Assembly: GCF_001194135.2 (NCBI RefSeq) | Contig: NC_068987.1 | Coordinates: forward strand, 38,200,417-38,234,625 | Direction of reading: 5' to 3' | Length of the DNA stretch: 34,209 nt | Origin: Octopus bimaculoides | Lineage: Eukaryota | Part shown: positions 10,210-21,849 of the stretch, in pieces | Layout of the letters: each line of letters starts with the position of its first letter | Position numbering within the stretch: position 1 is the stretch's first letter | The notes under the pieces: generated by a model | What the model was told of the DNA's origin: nothing | What the model saw: only the letters and a program-made list of their open reading frames with translations | Databases searched by the model: none | Made by a program: the position numbers and the translations under genes

Positions 10210-11084
10210 TTAAAACGAATATAGTTTAAATAGATCTATACCTACATTAATTATTTGTATTTTAATGAAAAAAATATTCTATCCAACTACTGCACTATAT
10301 TTAACCGACAATTTTATCTGAGAATCTTTATGAAGCATTTCTTTTTTGTTTGCATTTGACTGAAATTGTTTGTGAAAATAGATGTATTTTAGGAGAGTCA
10401 TTTTTAACAATGATAAAAATATTTTCTCATTCAGATTATTATTAACTTCTCTGTTATTTCATTATCAGTTTGTTTGTACCAACATCCTTGCCCATATTCC
10501 TGTGATTTATTCACAAAGTAGAGATCAGTGAATTAGTTGCAGCAGTGTGGCAAAAGATTCTAACAGCCAAACATTAGATAAGCAACCCAAAAGATACTAG
10601 TACCCAGAAATTGATGAATACATTACAAGAGTGTAATGAATGGCTTTGAATACTGAAAAATAAAAAAAATGATTAACCATTTACAAAATGAATGATTACT
10701 ATAGTTAATGTCTGCATTTATCTTTGCTAACATATAATGTTATAAAACAATGAGGATGAATAATGAAACCATACAAATAAATATTTAAAAACTTATAAAA
10801 CAACAACAAAAAAAGAAAGTAATTATTTACACATCTTAAATCTATAGTTTCGAAAATGCACATAACCTTATACTCCCTTAATTTTTCTAATACTTAACCC
10901 TTAGGGCACAAAGTTTACTGATACTTTTACATCGAAGGATCAATAAAGATATTTTCTTTAAATTCTGTTTAAAAACTGTATCCAAATCTCAAGAGAGATG
11001 GTAGAAAATAGCAACAGGTACACTGAAATAAGTCTTACCTATGTATCTATCCTGCTTGTACTAAGAAATTGATGAATTATTGAG

Positions 11085-11153
11085 GCAGTACTCCAGTATG
11101 GCCACAGTCAAATGACTGAAACAAGTAAAAGAATAAAAGAATAGAGTAATACA
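11085..11153 (+). mobile_element. SINE 3' tail
   Basis: GGCAGTACTCCAGTATGGCCACAGTCAAATGACTGAAACAAGTAAAAGAATAAAAGAAT, homologous to 265-310. Confidence 0.8.
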
Positions 11154-12036
11154 GTTAAAACCACTAAAATTGTTTATAGTACTTACTGGCAGAGAATGAC
11201 AGGCATTTTTAGTGTAACCAGTAACATGGTAATCCATCATGAAATGGTTATTCCTTTTGAATCTTATTATCACTGTGGTTTTGTTCTTGTCTTAAATGAT
11301 TGTAATTATAATGTCCAATATAATTTTAAATTTTAGCAGTTAATACAAAAATTAATTTGTTATTTATAAATATTGTTCAAAAAACAATATTTATATGACA
11401 AATTTTTAAATAGTCACAATAATAATGTAGTGATGATTTGGCTGAGTAGATAAAAAATTGATTTACCTGCTTACAAGTTGTTAGTTCAAATCCACAAATA
11501 ACTGTATTTCCAGAGATCACTGTATTCTACAGTACATCAGTTTAATAACTGTCTACAGTAGGTTCTAGATCAGCTACACTGGGAATTTTATTAGTAAAAG
11601 ACCTGCTTCTTATCACAGGGTTTTTTTTTTTTTTCATCAATACAGTGATTTCTTCACTTCAATTAAATTTTTCTCCATTGTTACAAGATTTTTCATTTTC
11701 ATTATATGCATGTCCTGTCATTCTTGACTGTATTGTTTCAGCTGTGAAAAAAAATTTTTGCTCTGTGATTCTAATCTTTGCAAGTTACCCTATAAACTAT
11801 ACCATAACTGCATGAAATGTTACAAATACAATTGTTGAACTATTCTAGCTATTAAGTAGGCTTACCTATGTTGAGATATGAGCAGAATGTAATTATAGTC
11901 TTAATCACTTCAACTTCATTATATTTATTAGATATATATTATTATTTTCTCATTTTATACTCATAATTTGTTTATAATTTTTAGTACTTTTGTGCCATGT
12001 AGGTTATTTCTTTGCAATAATAATGATGATAATGAT

Positions 12037-12225
12037 AAGGCCTGGATATTTTAATGGGGATGAGCTAAGCAATTACTTTGAACCCAGTGCTGGACTGGTT
12101 CTATTTTATCAAACCCAAAGGGGTGAAAGGTAGTAAACCTTGATGGAATTTGAACAAGGTCATCTTTGTCTTTCATTTTTTGGGGATCAATAAAATAAAT
12201 ACCAGTTGAGCATAGGGCTCAATGT
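12037..12225. mobile_element. Two headless SINE cores fused head-to-head (minus 12037-12155, plus 12156-12225)
   Basis: Both match the core of the 12281-12485 SINE (CTGGTACTTAATTTATCAACCCTGAAAGGATGAAAGACAAAGTCAACCTC) in opposite orientations. Confidence 0.75.
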
Positions 12226-12280
12226 TGTAGTGGTAGTGGTGGGAATAGTAGTAGTAGTAAAATAATAATAATAATAATGA

Positions 12281-12485
12281 TCTTTTATACTATAGGCTCA
12301 AGGCCTGAAATTTTGTGGGAGGAAACTAGTTGATTACATTGACCCCAGTGTTTCACTGGTACTTAATTTATCAACCCTGAAAGGATGAAAGACAAAGTCA
12401 ACCTCGGCAGAATTTGAACTCAGGACGATGGGCAAAATACTGCTAAGCATTTCATCCAGCATGCTCGTGATTTTGCCAGCTCACC
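12281..12485 (-). mobile_element. Near full-length tRNA-derived SINE with a Meta/MESC-like core
   Basis: Minus strand has an A-box-like GGTGAGCTGGCAAAATC, a B-box GAGTTCAAATTC, core GACTTTGTCTTTCATCCTTTCAGGGTTGATAAATTAAGTACCAG and an (ATT)n tail. The core name is from recall. Confidence 0.88.
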
Positions 12486-14377
12486 ATAATAATAATAATA
12501 ATAATAATAAAAATAATAATAATAATAGCTGTACTGACAAACTAAGTACAAAGTCCTTCTATCTATTATAGTAGACTGAGCATAAAAATGTTTAAGTTCT
12601 TCTTGAACTGTTTTTGATTCCAGATTCTGAGAAATGATTTACTAGGGCTGATCATGAAATAGAAAACTCTGTTATCCCAGTGTATGGAATCAATAAATAT
12701 GTGAATTGTCTTATGATTAATTCACTCTATTTCATCATGAATATTTCTTAAGGAATTCATGATTATTTATTTTTATATAAGAAAACCAAGGTAGAATACA
12801 ATATCTGAAATGGTGCCAGAATTTTAATACTTTCTGTATATTTGGCATAATGAAATGGAAATAGTGTTTTTGCAAGATAAAAAAACAGCCACTTTTGGTT
12901 TTGGTTGACTTTCAAATTTTTTTATTCAGACTTTATTCTTAAACTCACATTTAAGCCATTTATTGCCCATGATCATTGCCAACGTCTTGAATATTTAAAT
13001 TGGCATTAATGACAATAATGTGTTCTGTTCAGTGAACTAGAATATGTAACTGTTGTTTACCGTACTTAGTTTCTGCTCTTTGAATGTTTCTTTGCAATAA
13101 CCATTAATTTAAAAAATGAAATTCTACAGAAGGTAGAGATCTTTGAAAAAAATTTCTCAGCTCATAAATATATGGTAAAAGCTAGAAATCAGTAAGCAGC
13201 AGGTTATTTTGTGACAATAAATAGTAAATAGAGAATTTTAAAATGAATTCTATCTCTGAAGGGAATTGTATTTTCCTGTTAACTCTGCTAATTGTTATCT
13301 TCAGATACCAAACATACAATCTAAGTGTCTCAGCTGGATGGTTTTACAGCACATTTATATTGACCTGACTAAAGTAATCAACTAATTAAATGAAATTATA
13401 TTTTAGTTAGAAATTTAAAATAATGGTTTTTCTATCACAGCTGCACTTATTGCAAACAACAATACAGCTGGAGCTGTTAGTTGGTGCATCTAAAGTTCTG
13501 CTCCTTAACAGTGATCCAATTAAACATTATTTTACACTAATCACACAGAACATCCCTCCTATATATTTTTATTTTTACATATTAGAGTGTTTTTATTGGA
13601 GTCCATTCTGTCGTCAGTATTAGGACCAGGTCTCCAGTCTGAAGATAGCAAAATCTTCCTCTATTTCCTCCACCAGTCTTGGAGCCCCTTTAAAATGGTG
13701 TCATGGTCACTGCTCTTATTTCATAAAAAGGGCCATGAACTAGGAGTCACTGGGCCCCTTGTTTCCTGTCTGATTAAATACTTTAGTTTATGTCATATTG
13801 AACTTTATATCTTTTGGTTCTAAGTTCAAGTTTCAAAACTACTTAAAAAAGTAGTTTTTGTGATATTCTTCCATGATAAATGTTTTCAAGTTATCTTGTG
13901 TGATTGGTTGAAGAAAGGCCTGATATATCTGAAGAATGACTACTTATTGACTAAATTCCATACTTTATTCACTGCCATATCTTTGTAATTCTCATGCAGT
14001 ACCTATTTATATGTAGTTTAAACTGTTCTTTGTTTCTTCATTGACTTTTAAACTACAGAATGTGACATCTGGCAAAAGTCCTTCTGCAAATTGGGAAACC
14101 TAGAATGTTTATTTCTCCTTTGTTAGATGCTGTACACTTTTTTTTATAATGTTTATAGTCTGCTATGTATACCAGTTTGTATGAAACAAAGTATTTATAT
14201 ATGAAGAGACCTATAAAGAAGTTTAACCTGATAAAGTACAAGGACAAAGGTGATGCCTTAGAGAGAAGGAAAGTATAGGGACATTTGAACCATACTATAC
14301 AAGATAATTAATCTGAGCAGAATCAACCTACATGAGATGCAGTTTGGCTTCATACTCAGCAGAGGTAGTGGTAGTAG

Positions 14378-14545
14378 CATGTAAAAATGCACCCACTACA
14401 CTGTAAAATGGTTGGTATTAGGAAGGGCATTTGATCATAGAAACCATGCCAAAGTAGACAGTGAAGCATAATGCAACCTCTTGACTTGAGATTTTATTGA
14501 ACTATCCAACCCATGCTAACATGGAAGATAAATGTTAAATAACAA
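14378..14545 (+). mobile_element. RTE-tail-type SINE/LINE 3' UTR
   Basis: GGTTGGTATTAGGAAGGGCATT...AGAAACCATGCCAAA...CCAACCCATGCTAACATGGAA...TTAAAT, followed by simple repeats. Confidence 0.8.
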
Positions 14546-14820
14546 CAATGATGACAAGATGATGACAACCACCACCACCACCACCACCACCCAAACCTTT
14601 CTGTGAAGATTATCAGATTCAGTCATTCATTTCAATATTCTCTCATTTTAAGACCAGTCAGTATCATAGTCTTGAGAATTGCTAAATGTTTGGCTGCAAT
14701 CATACAGTTACTGAGATATAAAGATTTTAACTTTTAAATACTTAGAAATAAAGTAAAATTATTATTGTACATTGCCAAGAATAACTCAAAACCATATGAT
14801 TGAAAATAGACTTCATAACT

Positions 14821-14857
14821 ATACATATATAGCTATACATACATATATATATGTATG

Positions 14858-14920
<63 letters not shown>

Positions 14921-14944
14921 GTATAGCTATATATATGTATGTAT
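14821..14944. repeat. (AT)n-centred nested imperfect palindrome
   Basis: Mirror arms ATACATATATAGCTATACAT... and ...ATGTATAGCTATATATATGTAT, with AGCT at 14831 and 14925. Confidence 0.85.
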
Positions 14945-15038
14945 CTAACCCGAATGCTTGGGTGAGAGACTCAATTTTATAGTACCCCTACCTGCTTTCC
15001 CTTAAAAGAAAGATAGTGTCAAACTAGGCAACAAATTA

Positions 15039-16091
15039 CCGTACAAACCCATGTAATTTGCACACCTGTGTAATTAACGCAGATGATTTTCAGGATAAAA
15101 TTTGTTAAAAATGCTTCTACTCATGTAAAACTTGCACCCAAAAGTTTTCAGAATTGCTGATATGGCCAGGGGAAAACGGTTTTCAATTTAGTTGTATTTA
15201 GCATAATTTCACTTACTTATGATTAAATCTTATTAAATTTTCATGAAATAAAAATAATTTCTGTTTAACAGGTATCACATTGAAAGCTATTAAATTACAA
15301 AATGTTTGTGTTGTTTATAATAATCTTTATTTTACATTTCTTGTCCACAAGAGATTATGTCCGAATTTTAGCATGCTGCTATATGTCTTCTCAAATCACG
15401 ATTACAGGAAAAGTTGTGAAGAATTACTAACAAATACAAAGCTGATAAATATGCACAGGTGTTGCAAATTAAGTTTAATTACCAATAAACATCAGTTTGG
15501 ATGACTCTTTACTAACCGACAGAGGAAGGTAACCGATCAAACTGATTATGTAAACAGAATTTTTTTCAGCCTATTCTTATCAGAACCTTTGATATGGAGT
15601 ATTGAAATTTTGATCCCGTTCACACTTACAAAATTTTAAGCAAACTTTAAAATTTGTTATTACCATTATTGTCAGTATGGGCAGAACTTGTGAATTGTTT
15701 ACTGCGAAGGAGAAATTAAATATGTTGAACATGCTTTTGAACATGACAATAGAGCTGCCAGAAGGTATTTTAATGTTAATGAAGCAAATGTTCGAAATTG
15801 GCATAAGCAGTATGACAAACTTAAAACTGTGCCTAGTAATAAATAGACAAAAATGAAAATAAATAAAAGTCAACTTCATTATATTTAAGCCATTATTTTT
15901 TCTGTAACAACCTATTCTTACATTAAATGAGTCAACTTCCAGTACAAATGTTTACGTTTTGTACCTCTTTTTTAAACAAAGAAATTTCAAAAAAGATTCT
16001 GGAAACAATTTACTCATGTAATTTACACACCCACTAATGTTTATTTTTACTTTTACACAAAGAAGTGTGTAAATTACATGGGTTTTTATGG
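15039..16091 (+). mobile_element. pogo-superfamily deletion derivative (1053 bp) with 27-bp TIRs, TA TSD and a Brinker-type DNA-binding-domain relic
   Basis: Left TA|CCGTACAAACCCATGTAATTTGCACAC versus right (reverse complement) TA|CCATAAAAACCCATGTAATTTACACAC, 3 mismatches. 15677-15846 reads MGRTCELFTAKEKL/YVEHAFEHDNRAARRYFNVNEANVRNWHKQ with one frameshift. Confidence 0.9.
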
Positions 16092-16142
16092 TAGTCTGTC
16101 ATCCAAAAACAAGTGCAGACCCTCTGACAAGTTTGCACACTA

Positions 16143-16215
16143 TTTCTATTTATCCAGTTTCTCTCATAAGGCTTAGGTTAACTTGGTTCAATGATAGAAG
16201 TCACCAACTGAGGAT
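16143..16215 (-). mobile_element. Degraded CORE-type SINE fragment
   Basis: ATTTCTATTTATCCAGTTTCTCTCATAAGGCTTAGGTTAACTTGG...ATGATAGAAGTCAC resembles the reverse complement of the 34030 SINE. Confidence 0.45.
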
Positions 16216-16489
16216 GTTAGAGCAAACTGGGAAGGGAGTGGGAGAGAGAAATTAAAGTAAATGGATTCAGAGAATTAGAAATATTATGAGGAATTATTTT
16301 TGTATAATCCAGGTATCTTTACTGCTTTAGCAATTCCATGGAATTTATTTTTTAAATAGTGTAACCCTTTCATGGTCATACTGATACCAGAATACACTGA
16401 TTCACTGTTTAGGCTACAATTAACTTTCAAAATAATCAAGAATTTACAATAGAATGTCATTAAGTATCTGTAATTGTTTATATTTCCTG

Positions 16490-16660
16490 TTTGTTGTGCT
16501 GTTTAGCTGCAGGTCATCTCTGAGTCAACTCATAAGCAAAAACGTTCCAAATATGACCATCCTATCTTTTTTAAGATGGCCTTGTCCAATGTTTTCATCC
16601 TTTTTTAAGACAGCAGGAGAGGATCTGAGGGAGATTAGTCTGCTGTTACTATCATGTTAC
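16490..16660 (-). mobile_element. SINE tail, same family as 1041-1215
   Basis: Minus strand TAACAGCAGACTAATCTCCCTCAGATC...GTCTTAAAAAAGG...CATTGGA...GGATGGTCATATTTGGAACG...GATGACCTGCAGCTAAAC. Confidence 0.6.
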
Positions 16661-16955
16661 ATGCCTACTATACAAGAAGCTGTGTTTTTTTAATATTTCT
16701 ATATCTTTGTATTAAGCTAATATTTAGAATAGTTTCTTATGTGAGACAGTAATAGAGCTGTTATCTCCTTTAATTTCATATTAACAACCATGAAAAAAAA
16801 AAGAACTTGAAAGTTTTAAAGAAGATATTAATATTTTAATATGAACAGTGTTACAACATTTAATCAGGAGGTAACCTCAACTAGGCTAGTATTGAAACAG
16901 TTAAAATGGAACAAATTTGAAAAGTAAATTTGTATCTTAGTCATACAGTTAGACA

Positions 16956-17010
16956 TACCGTTATTTTCCGGTTCATAAGGTACTACAAGTGATAAGGTGT
17001 ACACTATAAT
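16956..17010 (+). mobile_element. Solo pogo-like terminal sequence
   Basis: TA|CCGTTATTTTCCGGTTCATAAGGTAC...GATAAGGTGTACAC, a TACCGTATTTTCCGG..TATAAG-type end with an internal ATAAGG repeat. No partner end found. Confidence 0.5.
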
Positions 17011-17277
17011 TAGCAAGGTATATTTTGAAAAAATTGTTTTGACGATTTATGAACTTACCTATAATTTATTTTGTAAGAATACCTAATTTAGAGATAGTTT
17101 ACATTTCACTACCCATGCAGATATTTCTAAGGTATTACCAAGTTCTAACTACCTCTATAGCTCACTGATTCTTACTATATGCAGTGAAAATTAATGATGC
17201 ACCTACAACCCCATAACGTTCAGAGGGAGACTATATGTGTGAAAGAAAGAGTCAATAATGATTTCTTTTATTAATAA

Positions 17278-18708
17278 CTAGCAGAAATACCCGGCTTTGC
17301 CTGGGTTAAAGAGAATAATGAAATCTAAAAACGCCGTCTAGACTACGCAACCCTCAACTGTTAGTAGCTACGATACCATAATTCTACATTAATAACTCTC
17401 CAATCCATGCCAGTATGGAACATAGACATTAAATGGAATGCCAGTCTCTCATCTAGGAGGGCCTTGAAATCAATGTTACCAACTGGGGACTATGTGTGTC
17501 GCAGTGATAATAAAAAGACTCAAAGGAGGTCTGCAACGAAATAATTTTACTCAACACTTTACAAGTGAATCAGTGGAGGCAAAGATGCGTCTCATTTACT
17601 TGACAATTTATGCACCACATTGCAGAAATCACAATGTAAGTATATCTGAAAGGGTAGTCTTACNNNNNNNNNNNNNNNNNNNNNNNNNNNNNNNNNNNNN
17701 NNNNNNNNNNNNNNNNNNNNNNNNNNNNNNNNNNNNNNNNNNNNNNNNNNNNNNNNNNNNNNNNNNNNNNNNNNNNNNNNNNNNNNNNNNNNNNNNNNNN
17801 NNNNNNNNNNNNNNNNNNNNNNNNNNNNNNNNNNNNNNNNNNNNNNNNNNNNNNNNNNNNNNNNNNNNNNNNNNNNNNNNNNNNNNNNNNNNNNNNNNNN
17901 NNNNNNNNNNNNNNNNNNNNNNNNNNNNNNNNNNNNNNNNNNNNNNNNNNNNNNNNNNNNNNNNNNNNNNNNNNNNNNNNNNNNNNNNNNNNNNNNNNNN
18001 NNNNNNNNNNNNNNNNNNNNNNNNNNNNNNNNNNNNNNNNNNNNNNNNNNNNNNNNNNNNNNNNNNNNNNNNNNNNNNNNNNNNNNNNNNNNNNNNNNNN
18101 NNNNNNNNNNNNNNNNNNNNNNNNNNNNNNNNNNNNNNNNNNNNNNNNNNNNNNNNNNNNNNNNNNNNNNNNNNNNNNNNNNNNNNNNNNNNNNNNNNNN
18201 NNNNNNNNNNNNNNNNNNNNNNNNNNNNNNNNNNNNNNNNNNNNNNNNNNNNNNNNNNNNNNNNNNNNNNNNNNNNNNNNNNNNNNNNNNNNNNNNNNNN
18301 NNNNNNNNNNNNNNNNNNNNNNNNNNNNNNNNNNNNNNNNNNNNNNCATATACATCTCTCTCTCTCTTTCTCTCTTTCTCTCTCTCTCTGAAAGTATCTG
18401 TCATTACAGTATCGAAATGTGATTGTTTCAGTTAGTAGAATAGTTTAATTTTTAAAGTGAAAGTATTTGACATGAGTGTTTTTGTTTCACTCTTGACACG
18501 TAATACTTAAATAGTGGAGGAGATATTATGTTGCCGTGGGCTCGAACTCTGCAAGAAGTTAACATTTTTTTTGACTAAAACATAACTGGAACCCTAAGTA
18601 AGGCATCTGTAAAATTTGAATGAAATTGGTTGCGTAGTTCTCGAGTTTTAGGGATTCACACAGACAGACAGACAGACAGACACACATTCTCATTTTTATA
18701 TATATAGA
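17278..18708 (-). mobile_element. Non-autonomous Helitron with both ends intact, spanning a 683-N gap
   Basis: Minus-strand 5' end A|TCTATATATATAAAAATGAG followed by (TCTG)n. 3' end hairpin CCCAGGCAAAGCCGGG then ...CTAG|T. AT target site. 11-bp subterminal inverted repeat at 17342-17352 and 18628-18638. Confidence 0.92.
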
Positions 18709-18749
18709 TAATGATTTACAATATTTTCCCCTCTTCTCTCTACTCTAAG

Positions 18750-20260
18750 TCTAATCTTTCATGCAAAATTATATTTCTGAAGACTATCACATACAGATGA
18801 AGACACCATGTCCAGCTTAGTAACTATTAAATATAATGTTTATTAACACATCAATCACTGTTATTATCTACATCACCATCACTGCTGTTATTGATCTTTG
18901 TTGTCTCCATACATTTCATCTTTGGTCTCATCCATTGCAGTACTGATTCCACATTTCTTTTATTAATATCTTGACTATTATTATTTTTACCTTTACAGCT
19001 GCCTACACTGATATAGAAGGTCGCTTCAGTTGTCCTGTCACTAAATTGCTAGTAGTCAACTACCTGTTCCAATCTTCTCACATAAAACATATGAATGCTT
19101 GTTGATTGAAACATCCTGTCATTGTAGTTGCAAAGTTAAACCAGTAATGATAAATACCTGATTAATCTTTAATGGCTTAAGTTTTCCTTTGTGAGTTTGG
19201 TATTGATCTCACACTAGTAATGATAATTTCGTCAATGAACCACCTGGATGCTGTAACCATACTTTCTCCTATCACAGTTTTATCTTCTTTCATTTCTCCA
19301 CCTATTGTGATGATTCTTGTACATTCAGCACACTCAGATCTTCACTACTCTGGAAGTTGTACAGTTCCAAGCAATACTCTGCCCACCTTTTCATTATTTT
19401 TTTATTATGTTTTTTTTTCATGTTTGTTGGTGTACACTTCTTGGTGTCTTACTTTGGTGAGCTCTTTTACCAATTGCAAAGCCATTTTTGTGTTGTTGCT
19501 AGAAAGGCTGTCTTCAATATCTTCATGTTGTTCAGTTGTCCATCATTGTTTTATTTCCCATATTTCCTTTTGTCACTCATGTCCAATATTTTGTTTGTAA
19601 TTCCCTGTTTTAATTCATGTGGCTTTCCCTCAAACATCATGCTGTCTCTATCATCACAGCATTGAGCATGTGGGCTGTAGTCTTCAGGTCTTCTTCAAGG
19701 GGGAGTAGTGCTGCAAATTTTCCATCAAGTGTTGCCTGAATTCCTTTAGAGATAAGGTCTTTAAGATTTGTGAGGTTGAATCCCAGTCAGCTGTTTTTTG
19801 GCTTGTTGTTTCACTTCAGTGCACCTTATTCATCCGCACAACATCATGATCATCACCTATATCTGCTATTGAAAATGTTTTTGACTTTTGTTTGTTTACT
19901 TGAATTTTGTACCACCCTTGTTCTAAGATAAAGTTGGTCCGATAGTATGATCTGATGGGAGCATGCTAGGTCTATATACAGGATCCTTTGTGCTTACCAA
20001 GGATGTTTGATAGACTGTGTTGTTACAACTGTTACAAAAGCACAATCTCCTCTTATTTGTGTCATTATATGAAAGACTGATAAATTCCCCCTTGGTTACC
20101 TTGTCCTTCCTTTCTGTCTTGACGTTTCAGTTACTCTGTATAATAAGCATGTCTTTATTTTTAAGGTTGTTTCTAGAGATATTCTATAGAAACTATAGCC
20201 AGCACTGATTTTTGCTACAACATTTTGTATCGAGATGTCAAATGTAAACAAGCAATGAGA
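18750..20260 (-). mobile_element. RTE/BovB-like LINE ORF2 relic (endonuclease C-half, linker, degraded RT)
   Basis: Minus strand reads ...KSKTFSIADIGDDHDVV (APE SDH motif), FNLTNLKDLISKGIQATLDGKFAALL, MALQLVKELT and KRWAEYCLELYN, with many stops. Confidence 0.85.
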
Positions 20261-20499
20261 TTGGGCACAAAGTGGGTAATGAGTGTACATGCCATATTTC
20301 AGGATTTGTTGCCCCTTCATCAGCACCCATCTAACCCACTTCTGTCTTCAAGCACATTGCTTATATAGCCACCACAAAGTTATTGGATATACCAATTTAC
20401 ATATTAGATGCATTCCTGGAACTGGTATGTAAACATTAAAGGTTTGTATGTACATGGCACTTTCTTATGCCTATTTTTGATGATATTGTTATGACATTT

Positions 20500-20700
20500 T
20501 GAAGCTCATTAGCAAGGTACAGCAGAAAATACAGCCATTGGAAATGAGATGCTGCCATAAAATCTTCAACATTTTGCACTTAGACCACATCATGAATGGG
20601 CAAATTCACAAAAGCACTTAGCATTTCATTGACTCCCACAAAAATCTAAAAATGGCAAGGAAAAAAATGCTGAAATAGTATAGCATATTGTGCATAGCCA
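20500..20700 (+). mobile_element. RTE/BovB-like LINE ORF2 C-terminal relic
   Basis: QQKIQPLEMRCCHKIFNILHLDHIMN...KKMLK*Y (cf. RRIQA.EMRCYRKIL.ISY.DHITN...KKRKLKWYGH). Confidence 0.75.
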
Positions 20701-21849
20701 TTTTCTTTATTGTAGCAGGTCCCTGTTGTACTTACTATTTGCTAATATTTTTATTTTTTATAAGATTATTTTGTGGCATGTATCAACAACCTGTATTTAT
20801 GTCTAATTGTGTGTTTAAGTCTTCGCTACTTAGTTGTCACTGTGGTGCCATAGGGGTATATTGTCAGATGAATAACTAAACTGACAACTAACAGATGGTA
20901 TTATACTATGATGGTACTTCTGCATATCTACAACTAGTATGTGAGTGTCATCATTGTCAAGCCACCATAAACCAAACAAAATATGAAGCATTCTGTGAGT
21001 GATGCTTGTTAATTTTAAACTTCTTATTAGTTTCTGTAAATACATTACAAACTTGAAAGTATCTATAGTTAGCTTATTTACTGAGATAAATGTGAATCCT
21101 AACTGTAGGTATATTATGAAACTAGGGTTGTAGTAAGGATAATGATAACTTCAGAAACTGCCATGATGAGGATAACTTGAGGTTTCTGTGTTTTTTGAAG
21201 AATAATTATAAAGCAAATATAAGAGTATGTATTATCACTTCCATTACCAAAGTCTAATTTAATTCCTTAGATTGTAACTAGGACACCAACTCAATTTAAG
21301 AAAATGTTTATCTGTAAATGTTATAAACTGTTCATCTTTTACCATTTAATCTCCAACATCTGTTCTTTCTACATCAATGATCATCTTTTGGCAGACAATT
21401 TATAATACCATTAATCTTTATTTCTGTATCTCAGTTCATCCCTTTTGCTTCAGATCTGCCCAATTATTATTCTTGATTCTGTTTCTTTTGATGTCTCAAT
21501 GACTTTTTTTTTTTTGGTTTTATTGCTTTTGATATAACATGATGTTAAAAGAGTTAGCTTATAGCCCATGGTTTGATGACAGGATCAAAGCTAATTTATT
21601 GATCTTTTGGAATAGCTAAAGTAAAAAGTATTACTCATATGAAATAGAATAAAATAAAGATACATAAGAAAATTTTATTTTAAAGATATCAAGAAGTGGT
21701 GAATAATTTTCTTGTAGATATTTGTGCAGACATAACAGTAACAGCAGTGTTGCAAGCATTTGAATATAGAGTGATATTGCGAGAACTATAATGAGTTTTA
21801 ATGAAGAATTATTGGTGAGAAAGACAAAATTAAGCGACTAGTACAGGTT

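Noticed and set aside
11184-11273. Minus-strand exon candidate IIRFKRNNHFMMDYHVTGYTKNACHSLP with GTAAGT donor
   Set aside because: The acceptor is purine-rich with intervening AGs, and there is no supporting minus-strand exon series.
12420-12485. tRNA gene, likewise at 27560-27641 and 34030-34090
   Set aside because: A/B-box-like motifs are SINE heads attached to SINE bodies. I could not build a cloverleaf.
13587-13823. GC-richer 78-aa ORF
   Set aside because: No recognisable domain or convincing splice pair. Probably an unassigned repeat relic.
16514-16693. Phase-2 terminal exon continuing exon B (RSSLSQLISKNVPNM...)
   Set aside because: It is the antisense strand of a SINE tail shared with 1041-1215. 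SINE exonisation cannot be excluded but has no support.
17492-18404. ORFs of 231-299 aa
   Set aside because: Artefacts of the 683-N gap.
20894-20935. MVLYYDGTSAYLQL, LamG-like exon candidate with GTATGT donor
   Set aside because: No polypyrimidine tract, and 14 aa is too short to support homology.
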